40,275 nt of DNA from an uncultured Bacilli bacterium (GTDB taxonomy: Bacteria; Bacillota_I; Bacilli_A; RF39; UBA660), in the NCBI GenBank assembly GCA_944345045.1, contig CALVMI010000022.1, positions 1-40,275 of the forward strand, read 5' to 3'. The translations under genes and the position numbers were made by a program. How positions within the stretch are numbered: the stretch's first letter is position 1; each line of letters starts with the position of its first letter. The notes beneath the pieces are model-generated. The model searched no databases. It was not told the DNA's origin and saw nothing but the letters and a program-made list of their open reading frames with translations. Shown piece by piece: positions 32,035 to 40,275 of this stretch.

Positions 32035-33513
32035 ATGGATAAGAAAGAATTGTTAAGTTCAATTGCCAAAAGAGGAAATGGAGAAATTTATTTAGGTGTT
32101 GTTGGAGCTGTTCGAACAGGAAAAAGTACTTTTATCAAACGTTTTATTGAAAATTTAGTTGTACCTAGCATTACAGATGAATATGAAAAAAAGCGCTGTT
32201 TGGACGAAATTCCTCAAAGTGCTCAAGGTAAAACAATTATGACAACTGAACCAAAATTTGTTCCGTCTAATGGAGCAAAAATTAAAGTGGATGATTTTGA
32301 GGCAGATATTAAACTAGTTGACTGTGTTGGTTTTGTTATTCCAAATGCTGTTGGTTATGAAGATTCTGATGGTAATCCTAGAATGATTAAAACACCATGG
32401 TTTTCTGAATCTGTTCCTTTTGTTGAAGCAGCAGAAATTGGAACGGAAAAAGTTATTCGGGATCATTCGACGATTGGGATTGTCGTGACTACTGATGGCT
32501 CTTTTGGAGAATTAAAACGTGAAGATTATTTAGATGCCGAGGAAAAAGTCATTGGTGAGCTACTAAGTATAGGTAAACCTTTTATTATCGTTTTAAATAG
32601 TAGCAAACCAAATAGTACAGAAACAAGAAATCTTGCAGACAGTCTTCATGAGACTTACAATGTTCCAGTAATGCCAATGAATGTTGAAGCAATGGAAGAG
32701 CCAGAAATTTTAGAGATCTTAAAACAAGCTCTATATGAATTTCCTATTTTAGACATTGTTGTTGATATGCCAGAATGGGTACATGTCTTACCAAATACGC
32801 ATGAAATAAAAAAACACTACTTAGATAAAATTAGAGAAAGTGTGATAAACGTTTCCAAAGTACGCGATGTTGAAGAAATAATGGCACACTTTACGGATTC
32901 AGAAATTATTTCTAAAGCATATATAAGTGAACTTGATACAGCAAATGGAATAGTACACATAAGACTTGAAAGTGAAGATAGTCTATATCAAAGCGTTTTA
33001 AAAAGTTTAGTAGGCGATGCCGCGACAAGCAAAGCTGGCTTACTTAAAGTATTTACAACTTATGCTGAAGGAAAAGAAGAATTAGAAAATTTAAAAGATG
33101 CTTTAAAATCAGCGAAAAGTACTGGTTATGGAATCGTTTACCCAACACTTAAAGATATGAAACTTAGTACACCTGAAATCATTAAACAAGGAAATAGGTA
33201 CGGGGTCAAATTAAAAGCCGTAGCTAGTAGCATTCATATGATGAAAGTCGATGTTGAAAGTACTTTCGAACCGATAATTGGCTCCGAACTCCAAAGCAAA
33301 GAACTGATTAATTATTTAATGAAAGATTATAAAACGGACCCTTCTAGTATTTGGAAAAGCGAAATTTTTGGCCGCAGTTTAGATGTAATTGTCAAAGAAG
33401 GAATACAAGCTAAACTTTCTGTAATGCCAACAAATACTCGTTATAAACTAAGTCAAACAGTGACAAAAATTGTCAACAAAGGGTCAAGTAACTTAATTGC
33501 ATTCGTAATTTAA
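32035..33513 (+). CDS. spoIVA: Stage IV sporulation protein A (spore coat basement-layer ATPase)
   Basis: 492 aa. The N-terminus IAKRGNGEIYLGVVGAVRTGKSTFIKRFIE (Walker A) is collinear with B. subtilis SpoIVA. ATG 32035 lies 8 nt after AGGTGA. Confidence 0.95.
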   Translation: MDKKELLSSIAKRGNGEIYLGVVGAVRTGKSTFIKRFIENLVVPSITDEYEKKRCLDEIPQSAQGKTIMTTEPKFVPSNGAKIKVDDFEADIKLVDCVGFVIPNAVGYEDSDGNPRMIKTPWFSESVPFVEAAEIGTEKVIRDHSTIGIVVTTDGSFGELKREDYLDAEEKVIGELLSIGKPFIIVLNSSKPNSTETRNLADSLHETYNVPVMPMNVEAMEEPEILEILKQALYEFPILDIVVDMPEWVHVLPNTHEIKKHYLDKIRESVINVSKVRDVEEIMAHFTDSEIISKAYISELDTANGIVHIRLESEDSLYQSVLKSLVGDAATSKAGLLKVFTTYAEGKEELENLKDALKSAKSTGYGIVYPTLKDMKLSTPEIIKQGNRYGVKLKAVASSIHMMKVDVESTFEPIIGSELQSKELINYLMKDYKTDPSSIWKSEIFGRSLDVIVKEGIQAKLSVMPTNTRYKLSQTVTKIVNKGSSNLIAFVI

Positions 33514-33543
33514 GGCTAAAAATGTAAATTTTTGCCTTTTTTT
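33514..33543 (+). terminator. Rho-independent terminator of spoIVA
   Basis: GGCTAAAAAT-gta-AATTTTTGCC (imperfect) followed by T7. Confidence 0.55.
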
Positions 33544-33622
33544 CTTGCAATTACGCTAAAATTTTGCTACCTTTATTATGTAAGGATAAAAGCCTTATAA
33601 ATTCGAAAGGGAGGTCAAAAAA

Positions 33623-33895
33623 ATGACAAAAACAAATTTAATTGAATATGTAGCTGAAAAAGCAAACATGAGTAAAGCAGAAGCAGGACGTGCTTTAGAT
33701 GCTGTATTAGAAGGGATTGTAGAAGGTCTTAAAAAAGACGGTGAAGTTGTTCTAGTTGGTTTCGGAAAATTCTCTGTTAAGACTCGTGCTGCTAGAGAAG
33801 GTATTAATCCTGCAACAAAAGAAACAATTAAAATCCCAGCTAAAAAAGTTGCAAGCTTCAAAGTTGGAAGTAAATTAAAAGATGCAATTAAATAG
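33623..33895 (+). CDS. hup: DNA-binding protein HU
   Basis: 90 aa. MTKTNLIEYVAEKANMSKAEAGRALDAVLEGI...GFGKFSVKTRAAREGINPATKETIKIPA. RBS is GGGAGG. Confidence 0.95.
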   Translation: MTKTNLIEYVAEKANMSKAEAGRALDAVLEGIVEGLKKDGEVVLVGFGKFSVKTRAAREGINPATKETIKIPAKKVASFKVGSKLKDAIK

Positions 33896-33914
33896 TTTTT
33901 AATAAACTTCTTGT

Positions 33915-33945
33915 AAAAAGCTGAATGTTCTTCAGCTTTTTCTTT
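33915..33945 (+). terminator. Rho-independent terminator of hup
   Basis: AAAAAGCTGAA-tgttc-TTCAGCTTTTT. Confidence 0.65.
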
Positions 33946-34004
33946 TTCTTTTCTTGAATAAAAAGAAGAAAAATTGTATACTTTATATAGATAGGTGGAA
34001 GAAT

Positions 34005-34802
34005 ATGTTAAAAAGAATTTTGAGTGCAATTGTCATGTTGCTAATTTTTATTCCAATTTTAATTGCTGGAGGAAGAGCATTTTTTATTGCTGTCGGCGTA
34101 ATAGCCTTACTAGCCTTTAAAGAATTTTTAGATCTCCATAAAAGTCATTCTAAAATACCACCAGCGGTTACATTAATGTCCATTTTAGTTTTATTATTTT
34201 TAGTATTCTATGAGTATGATGCTCATGTTTTATCCTATGGAATTAGTCATTTGGTTTTTGCCTTAATGCTTATTTTATTTTTACTTCCAACCTTATTTTC
34301 TTATAAAAATAGTGAATATAAAACACAAGACGCTTTTTATTTAATGGGGGTAATTTTATTATTAGGAACAGCTTTTAATGCTTTAATTGTTTTAAGAAAC
34401 ATTGATTTAAATCATATATTTTATTTGTTTTTAGTAACAATTATGACTGATACTTTCGCCTTTTTTGTGGGAAGTATGATTGGCCGTCATCCACTCGCTC
34501 CAACAATAAGTCCTAAAAAGACAGTTGAAGGCGCTATTGGGGGACTTTTAATGGGAACAATTATTCCCACCATATTCTATTATTATTTTATTAAAACAAG
34601 TCCGATTTGGCTCTTGTTATTAATTAGTTTTATTCTTTCATTTGTGTCCATGCTTGGTGATTTAGTTTTCAGCAAAATCAAAAGAGAAAATGAAATCAAA
34701 GATTTTTCAAATTTAATTCCTGGCCATGGGGGCATCTTAGATCGCTTTGACAGTATTATTTTTGTTATTTTAGCATATATTTTGCTTATTCAATTTTTAT
34801 AG
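34005..34802 (+). CDS. cdsA: Phosphatidate cytidylyltransferase
   Basis: CdsA signature SPKKTVEGAIGG ... FSKIKRENEIKDFSNLIPGHGGILDRFDS. Polytopic membrane protein. ATG 34005 follows GGTGGAAG. Confidence 0.9.
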   Translation: MLKRILSAIVMLLIFIPILIAGGRAFFIAVGVIALLAFKEFLDLHKSHSKIPPAVTLMSILVLLFLVFYEYDAHVLSYGISHLVFALMLILFLLPTLFSYKNSEYKTQDAFYLMGVILLLGTAFNALIVLRNIDLNHIFYLFLVTIMTDTFAFFVGSMIGRHPLAPTISPKKTVEGAIGGLLMGTIIPTIFYYYFIKTSPIWLLLLISFILSFVSMLGDLVFSKIKRENEIKDFSNLIPGHGGILDRFDSIIFVILAYILLIQFL

Positions 34803-34817
34803 AAAGGGAGAATGTGT

Positions 34818-35867
34818 ATGTGGCTTATCAGCTTACTTATTTGCATTTTTATTTTAGGAATTATTATTTTAATTCATGAATTTGGCCATTTTATTGTTGC
34901 CAAAAAATCAGGTGTATTTATTTATGAGTTTTCTATTGGAATGGGACCAGTTATTTTTTCACATAAAGGAAAAGATGGCATCTTCTACAATTTAAGAGCG
35001 CTTCCTATTGGTGGCTTTGTTCAAATGGCCGGCGAAGTAGGAGAAGACGATGAAAACGTCAAAAAAGAACAATTTATGTGCAATCGTCCATGGTATCAAC
35101 GTTTAGCCATTTTATGTGCGGGTGTTTTTAATAATTTTATTTTAGCAATTGTTTTGCTTTTTATCATGGCTTTAATATGGGGACCGACGAGTAATACCCC
35201 AAGAATTTTGAGTGTAGTAGAAGATTCAGCTGCTGCAACTGCTGGCTTACAAGAAGGAGATATTATTACTAGTATTAATGGTCATGAGTTTACTTCATGG
35301 GATGTCGGACAAATTTACTTATATTACAAAAATAATAATGAAGCGTATTCATTTGGTGTAAGACATACTGATGGCACTGAAGAAGTAATTGACATTGTGC
35401 CAAAAATAGAAACAGATACCGAAGGAAATGAAACGAAAATTTTTGGTATTCAAATAGACACAAGCCGGGAGAAAAATTTATGGGAAAGCATTAAATTTGC
35501 CTTTGAAAAATTTTGGGATGTAATTCACTCTATGGCTATTACAATCTGGGGACTTATCAGTGGACAATTATCGGTTCAAAGTCTTTCAGGTCCAGTAGGA
35601 ATTTATAAAGTAATTGACACAAGCTTACAGTATGGTATTCAACAATTAATTTATATTACAGCTTTCTTATCAATTAATGTTGGATTTATTAATCTTTTAC
35701 CATTCCCAGCTTTTGACGGTGGTCACGTATTGTTCTTAATTATTGAAAAAATAAAGGGAAGTCCAGTCAATCCAAACATCGAAAATGTAATCAATCTAAT
35801 TGGGTTTGGACTACTTATGCTGCTTATGATTTATATAACTATTAAAGATATAATTTTCTTCTTTTGA
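34818..35867 (+). CDS. rseP: RIP metalloprotease RseP/RasP (M50 site-2 protease)
   Basis: HEFGHF zinc motif in TM1, a PDZ segment (AAATAGLQEGDIITSING), and the NLLPFPAFDGGH motif. An alternative ATG lies at 34812. Confidence 0.9.
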   Translation: MWLISLLICIFILGIIILIHEFGHFIVAKKSGVFIYEFSIGMGPVIFSHKGKDGIFYNLRALPIGGFVQMAGEVGEDDENVKKEQFMCNRPWYQRLAILCAGVFNNFILAIVLLFIMALIWGPTSNTPRILSVVEDSAAATAGLQEGDIITSINGHEFTSWDVGQIYLYYKNNNEAYSFGVRHTDGTEEVIDIVPKIETDTEGNETKIFGIQIDTSREKNLWESIKFAFEKFWDVIHSMAITIWGLISGQLSVQSLSGPVGIYKVIDTSLQYGIQQLIYITAFLSINVGFINLLPFPAFDGGHVLFLIIEKIKGSPVNPNIENVINLIGFGLLMLLMIYITIKDIIFFF

Positions 35868-35878
35868 GTGTGATTCGT

Positions 35879-36496
35879 ATGACAGAACCTAAAATTAAAA
35901 ATGTGAGTAAATTAGAAAATTTCCAAGGATTTGAAGGAGAACAATTTACTCACTTTTTTGTTGAACAATACGCTTTTCCCAAACAAATTTTATCAGAAAT
36001 AACTTTGGAATCCTGCATTTTTAAACAAGTAGATTTTACCAATTTACAAATCCAAGAAATAACTTTACGAGATATTATATTTGAAGAATGTGATTTTACT
36101 GGTTTTGATTTTTCAAAATGTTATATAGAAAGAGTAACTTTTAAAAATTGTAAGTTTACTGGTTCCAATTTTAATTTGGCAATAGTAAAGAATACAACTT
36201 TTGATCAATCAAAGCTTACTTATACCAATTTTTCAGAAGCTAAGTTAACTCATGTTACTTTTAAATGTAGTGATATGAAAGAAATTTCTTTTATGAGATG
36301 TACTTTTTCTAAAATAATTATTTCTGAATGTGATTTAGAAAAAAGTGATTTTTTAGAAACATCATTAAAAAATATAGATCTAAGTGATTCAAATATTTTT
36401 GGCATTCGTTTTGATATATCTTCTATGCGAGGAGCAATTTTAAGTAGAGAACAATGTTCTATATTTGCGACTTTATTTGATATTCAAGTAAAGTAA
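35879..36496 (+). CDS. Pentapeptide-repeat protein
   Basis: Continuous 5-residue periodicity, e.g. CDFTGFDFSKCYIERVTFKNCKFTGSNFNLAIVKNTTFDQSKLTYTNFSEAKLTHVTF. An alternative TTG start at 35864 overlaps the rseP stop. Confidence 0.8.
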   Translation: MTEPKIKNVSKLENFQGFEGEQFTHFFVEQYAFPKQILSEITLESCIFKQVDFTNLQIQEITLRDIIFEECDFTGFDFSKCYIERVTFKNCKFTGSNFNLAIVKNTTFDQSKLTYTNFSEAKLTHVTFKCSDMKEISFMRCTFSKIIISECDLEKSDFLETSLKNIDLSDSNIFGIRFDISSMRGAILSREQCSIFATLFDIQVK

Positions 36497-36639
36497 AAGA
36501 AAGTAAGATAAAGATGAAAACTACAAAAAGTTCTTAAGTTCATTACTATCATTTTATTAATATTTTCTTTAATGATTCTGCGTATAAAAAAATATGACAC
36601 TCTTTCATCTTTGATTGAGTGTCAACCCTAATTTTATTA

Positions 36640-36686
36640 GAGGCGACATTCACTTTCGGAATCGAATGTTCCTCTTTTTATTTTAT
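36640..36686 (+). terminator. Rho-independent terminator about 145 nt after the pentapeptide gene
   Basis: GAGGcgACATTC-...-GAATGTtCCTC followed by TTTTTATTTTAT. Confidence 0.55.
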
Positions 36687-36718
36687 GCAAGTTCTCTTGC
36701 TTACATACTGATAATAAC

Positions 36719-36742
36719 AAAAAAAGAACTTATTACAAGTCC
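36719..36742 (-). terminator. Rho-independent terminator of the minus-strand tRNA pair
   Basis: The minus strand reads GGACTT-gtaat-AAGTTC followed by T7. Confidence 0.55.
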
Positions 36743-36778
36743 TCTATATATACTCGGGCGTTCGAGCAATTATCAATC

Positions 36779-36865
36779 TGGTGCAAGAAAGGAGACTTGA
36801 ACTCCCACAAGCATAAGCTTACTACCCCCTCAAAGTAGCGCGTCTACCAATTCCGCCATTCTTGC
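36779..36865 (-). tRNA. tRNA-Leu (anticodon GAG), long variable arm
   Basis: The reverse complement reads GCAAGAATGGCGGAATTGGTAGACGCGCTACTTTGAGGGGGTAGTAAGCTTATGCTTGTGGGAGTTCAAGTCTCCTTTCTTGCACCA. Acceptor stem GCAAGAA/TTCTTGC, anticodon loop TTGAGGG. Confidence 0.9.
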
Positions 36866-36872
36866 ATTACAA

Positions 36873-36949
36873 TGGTGTCCAGGATGAGATTTGAACTCAC
36901 GACCTTCGGCTCCGGAGGCCGACGCTCTATCCAGCTGAGCTACCCGGAC
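36873..36949 (-). tRNA. tRNA-Arg (anticodon CCG)
   Basis: The reverse complement reads GTCCGGGTAGCTCAGCTGGATAGAGCGTCGGCCTCCGGAGCCGAAGGTCGTGAGTTCAAATCTCATCCTGGACACCA. Anticodon stem TCGGC/GCCGA with loop CTCCGGA. Confidence 0.9.
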
Positions 36950-36957
36950 ATAGAAAA

Positions 36958-36986
36958 AGTATATCACATTTTTGAAATAGTGTAAA
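36958..36986 (-). promoter_or_regulatory. Sigma-A promoter of the tRNA-Arg/tRNA-Leu pair (TTTACA-17-TGaTATACT)
   Basis: The minus strand reads TTTACA (complement of 36981-36986), a 17-nt spacer ending in TG-a, and TATACT (complement of 36958-36963). It lies 8 nt upstream of the tRNA 5' end. Confidence 0.6.
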
Positions 36987-37102
36987 ACTTTAAAAAATGA
37001 AACCATAGACACAAGGATTTTCAGTCTTTTGTCCGCTATTAATATCCAAAGGTTGATTCATAAATATGTTCATGTTATACTTTCTTTAATGAGGTGAGCT
37101 AA

Positions 37103-37747
37103 ATGAAAAAAATAATTGGTATAGGACTTTGTTTAATTTTATTATTTTCTACTTTAGGCTGTGAACAAGAAGCAAACTTGACGAATAGTGAATTAGAAGC
37201 ATTACAGACTGAAGTTACTGAGAAGGTTTCGCAAAATAATTACGATAATTTTGCTAGTTGTTACATCGATAACTCTACAAAAAGAGTTGTTGTTGAACTA
37301 ATTACTAATACCGAAGAAGAACAAGAATGGTTTAGACAAAATATTGTGGATTCTAAATATATTACTTTTAAAGAAGGTGGTCCATATACATCTAAAGTGG
37401 ATATAGATATAGACGGAAATACGAAATTAACAGAATATGTTGAATATCTTACTTATGATAATCGTACTATTTACTTAGCTAATAATGTTAAAGAATTCTA
37501 TGTAATCGATAATGAAAAAATGCCTTTATCTAAATATATTACAAATGCTAATCAAAGTTTTGATGTAAGTATAGAATTTGTGACAAATCAACTAACTCAC
37601 CAAGGTAGTTTTGATGATGGTGGCTCATCTTTGTATACGGATAACGAAAAGAACATATCTGTTTTAGTATGTCATACTCTAAATCAAAATCAAGATATTT
37701 ATATTGGTGATCTTTCACTAGAGTATTCTGGCGACATGTGTAAATAA
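37103..37747 (+). CDS. Putative lipoprotein, function unknown
   Basis: Signal peptide MKKIIGIGLCLILLFSTLGC with a lipobox-like Cys. RBS is GAGGTGAG. Confidence 0.7.
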   Translation: MKKIIGIGLCLILLFSTLGCEQEANLTNSELEALQTEVTEKVSQNNYDNFASCYIDNSTKRVVVELITNTEEEQEWFRQNIVDSKYITFKEGGPYTSKVDIDIDGNTKLTEYVEYLTYDNRTIYLANNVKEFYVIDNEKMPLSKYITNANQSFDVSIEFVTNQLTHQGSFDDGGSSLYTDNEKNISVLVCHTLNQNQDIYIGDLSLEYSGDMCK

Positions 37748-37793
37748 CGAGCATAAATTCATTTTTTCATCATAAAATTCATTAGGTGAAGAT

Positions 37794-38285
37794 ATGAAAT
37801 GTCAAGTTGCAAAACCGTATCCTAAAATTCGTGTGGCCAAAAAATCCCTAGAAAATGCGAAAATATTAAGTCATTTATATGCTTCAAACGAAGGAGAGTT
37901 AAATGCTGTTACGCAATATTCATATCAAGTGATAATATCAGAAAATGAAGAAATAAAACTAATTTTACATTCTATTTCGATTGTGGAAATGAAACATTTA
38001 GAAATACTAGGAAAACTAATTAAAGAGCTTGGGTGTATGCCAATCTATGCCGATTGTATTTCTAAAGACATTCAATATTGGAATGGGGATTTTGTTTATT
38101 ATGATACAGATTTAAAAACTATTTTAGAAATCAATATCGAAAGTGAGAAAAAAGCAATTTATAATTATCAAATGGTTTTAACTGTAATAGATGATATTTA
38201 TATTAAAGAAATTTTAGAAAGAATTTTAGAAGACGAATATCTACATTTAGAAATTTTTCAAAAATTAAAGGACAATATTTGCTAG
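37794..38285 (+). CDS. Ferritin-like / Mn-catalase (CotJC)-family di-metal protein
   Basis: PYPKIRV...NEGELNAVTQYSYQ...VEMKHLEILGKLI...EDEYLHLE. These are paired E..H-type metal-ligand helices typical of the CotJC/Mn-catalase ferritin-like fold. Confidence 0.6.
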   Translation: MKCQVAKPYPKIRVAKKSLENAKILSHLYASNEGELNAVTQYSYQVIISENEEIKLILHSISIVEMKHLEILGKLIKELGCMPIYADCISKDIQYWNGDFVYYDTDLKTILEINIESEKKAIYNYQMVLTVIDDIYIKEILERILEDEYLHLEIFQKLKDNIC

Positions 38286-38332
38286 GGAATATTGTTTTTT
38301 TGTGGTATACTAAAAGAGTAGAAGGGGTAGAT

Positions 38333-39844
38333 ATGGAAAAAACATATTATGATGTGATAGTAATAGGCGCGGGTAACGGTGGCCTAGTTTCTGCTTTGAC
38401 ATTACAAAAAAAAGGCAAAAAAGTATTACTTTTAGAAAAAGGTCGTGTTCCTGGAGGTTTTGCTTCCTCATTTATTCGCGGTCGTTTTGAATTTGAAGCA
38501 AGTTTACATGAGCTTTGTGAGTATGGAAGTGAAGAAAATCCTGGTGAAGTTTTTGAAGTATTTAAACGTCTAGGAATTCAAGATAAATTACATACGAAAG
38601 TAATTCCTGAAACGTTTTCTGTTTATAGTCTAGACGATAAAGAATGTTATGAAATGCCAGTAGGTGAAGAAGCTTTTATCGAGAAAATGGAAAGTTATGT
38701 ACCAAATAGTCGTGAAAGCATGAAATTGTTTTTTGATCTTTGTCGAGAAGTAAAAAAGGCATTTGCTTACTTTGCTGAAACTAAAGGGCATCCCAAAACA
38801 GAAGTTTTGATGGAACAATTTCCAAGATTTATGGTAATTGCTCCTTATTCAGTGGAAAAAGTACTTTCTAAAATTCATATGCCGAGAAAGGCCATGGATA
38901 TTCTAGAAACTTATTGGAGTTATTTAGGAAGCCCAGCTTCAAAACTTAGCTTTGCTCACTATGCTTCCATGATATATTCCTATATAACTTTAGGTCCCGT
39001 AATTTTAGAAGAAACAAGTCATGAAATCTCTCTTATGTTAAGTCAAGAATTTACAAACTCTGGTGGTGAAATACGTTACTTAACAGCTGTTAAAGAAATA
39101 GTAGTGGAAAATAATCAAGTAACTGGCCTCATCACAAGTGATTCCGAACATTTTTTTACCTCACATATTATTGCCAATATTTCACCAACAAATGTGTATG
39201 GTAAAATGATTAAAGAAGAGCTTGTTCCATCTAAAGCTAAATCGCTAGTTAATATGCACGAGTTAGGAGCTAAAGGAATATGTGTCTATCTAGGCCTTAA
39301 TAAATCCATGAAAGAATTAGGTCTTAAAAATTATACATATTTTATTTATCATACCTTAGATAGCGATGAAGAATTTAAAAGAATGCATCATCTTTTCAGT
39401 GGAAATGTAGTCGCGACATTAAAAGATGAAAGTGAAGACACATCAATTTTAAATTTAACAAGTCTTGTTTTTAAAGATGGTTTTGATAGGTTAGTAACCA
39501 AAGAAAACTATTTTCAAATAAAAGAAGAAATTGCTAATTCACTCATCACATCTTTTGAACAAGCCACAGGCGTATCTATTCGGGAAAGTATCGAAGAAAT
39601 CGAAATTGCTACACCTGTAACTTTTGCAAGATACGGAGGGCATCCTGATGGAGCAATTTATGGTTATTTAGCTGAAGGACTTGATAATCTTCTTCCAAGA
39701 ATGATGAATGAAGAACAAGAAATTTTCATTAAAGGTCTTCGTTTCTGTGGTGGTTTTGGAAGCCGTCTTTCTGGTTATAGTTCTTCCTATATTAATGGCG
39801 AACAAGAAGCATTAAAAACGTTAGGAGAGATGAGTAATGAGTGA
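38333..39844 (+). CDS. NAD(P)/FAD-dependent oxidoreductase (phytoene desaturase/CrtI-like family)
   Basis: The dinucleotide-binding motif YDVIVIGAGNGGLVSAL...LLEKGRVPGG lies at the N-terminus. About 500 aa. ATG 38333 follows GAAGGGG. Confidence 0.75.
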   Translation: MEKTYYDVIVIGAGNGGLVSALTLQKKGKKVLLLEKGRVPGGFASSFIRGRFEFEASLHELCEYGSEENPGEVFEVFKRLGIQDKLHTKVIPETFSVYSLDDKECYEMPVGEEAFIEKMESYVPNSRESMKLFFDLCREVKKAFAYFAETKGHPKTEVLMEQFPRFMVIAPYSVEKVLSKIHMPRKAMDILETYWSYLGSPASKLSFAHYASMIYSYITLGPVILEETSHEISLMLSQEFTNSGGEIRYLTAVKEIVVENNQVTGLITSDSEHFFTSHIIANISPTNVYGKMIKEELVPSKAKSLVNMHELGAKGICVYLGLNKSMKELGLKNYTYFIYHTLDSDEEFKRMHHLFSGNVVATLKDESEDTSILNLTSLVFKDGFDRLVTKENYFQIKEEIANSLITSFEQATGVSIRESIEEIEIATPVTFARYGGHPDGAIYGYLAEGLDNLLPRMMNEEQEIFIKGLRFCGGFGSRLSGYSSSYINGEQEALKTLGEMSNE

Positions 39845-40275
39845 ATTTAAAATTGGCATGCATGCTAAATTAGATATGTTAAAATTTAAAAATCTAGGAA
39901 TAAATCGCGATAAAAAAATAACCAAAACATCTTCAAAACAAATTCATTTAAATTACAAAGCTAATGAATTAGCAACGATTCTACATCCAAATGGAATAAG
40001 AGTAGCAATAACTCAAATCATCAAAGAAACAGAAGACACCAAATCCTTTTATTTAAAACCGCAAAATATGTCTTTGATGCCACCTTTTATGCCAGGACAA
40101 TATGTTACTTTATGCGTGACTATAGACGGTCGAACATATAAAAGACCATATTCGATTAGTAGTTCACCATCTGCTTTACAAGAATATCGAATCACAATCA
40201 AAAAAGAAGAAAATGGCATCGTTTCTAATTATATGTTTAATGAAGCCAAAGAAAATGATCAATTAAATCTTTTAG
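39837..40275 (+). CDS. Ferredoxin-reductase-type FAD-binding oxidoreductase, N-terminal part (3' end outside the window)
   Basis: The ATG at 39837 overlaps the upstream gene by 8 nt, and GGAGAG lies 8 nt upstream of it. The frame is open to the window end. It carries the FAD_binding_6 hallmarks RPYSISSSP and GIVSNYM. Confidence 0.65.
   Translation, partial: MSEFKIGMHAKLDMLKFKNLGINRDKKITKTSSKQIHLNYKANELATILHPNGIRVAITQIIKETEDTKSFYLKPQNMSLMPPFMPGQYVTLCVTIDGRTYKRPYSISSSPSALQEYRITIKKEENGIVSNYMFNEAKENDQLNLL

Noticed and set aside
33595-34029. 144-aa minus-strand ORF covering hup.
   Set aside because: It is antisense to an unmistakable HU gene and to that gene's terminator.
36615-37012. ORFs 36615-36800(+) and 36830-37012(-).
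   Set aside because: Both overlap the tRNA-Leu(GAG)/tRNA-Arg(CCG) genes and their terminator or promoter. They are artefacts of the GC-richer tRNA sequence.
1-40275. Prophage, IS element, integrative element or CRISPR-Cas anywhere in the window.
   Set aside because: I could find no integrase, transposase, recombinase, phage structural or cas-like ORFs on either strand. The only long exact repeat is the 28-mer pair, which is reported separately.

Overview
This is an AT-rich, low-GC Bacillota chromosomal segment. TGA is used as a stop codon, so it is not a Mollicute code. The gene content points to a spore-forming lineage (Erysipelotrichales/Clostridia-like is my guess only): cotE, spoIVA, a spoVIF-like gene, a CotJC/Mn-catalase-like gene, rpsP-KH, der, hup, cdsA-rseP and phosphoketolase. 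I support about 45 protein-coding genes and 10 tRNA genes in four loci: a lone Thr-GGU; Val-Thr-Tyr-Gln-Lys; Arg-ACG plus Pro; and Arg-CCG plus Leu-GAG on the minus strand. I also call a set of sigma-A-type promoters and rho-independent terminators read directly from the sequence. I saw no rRNA, CRISPR array, transposase, integrase or phage structural genes. Most of the window is housekeeping. The pockets worth a second look are listed here.
1. A tight alr / Asl-like ATP-grasp / AsnB operon, possibly for cell-wall side-chain synthesis.
2. An XRE-HTH plus 76-aa gene pair wedged between two tRNA blocks, next to an orphan MvaI/BcnI-type restriction endonuclease with no methyltransferase in view.
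3. A divergent NlpC/P60 hydrolase and ATPgrasp_ST ligase pair.
4. A dense array of five XRE regulators, including two paralogous mini-repressors with palindromic operator candidates, inserted between der and spoIVA.
5. A CYTH gene with a large helical insertion, bracketed by a perfect 28-bp direct repeat beside tRNA-Thr.
6. An orphan prepilin-like gene between the rpsP-KH operon and der.
All functional calls rest on motifs I can read in the translations. No database search was possible.
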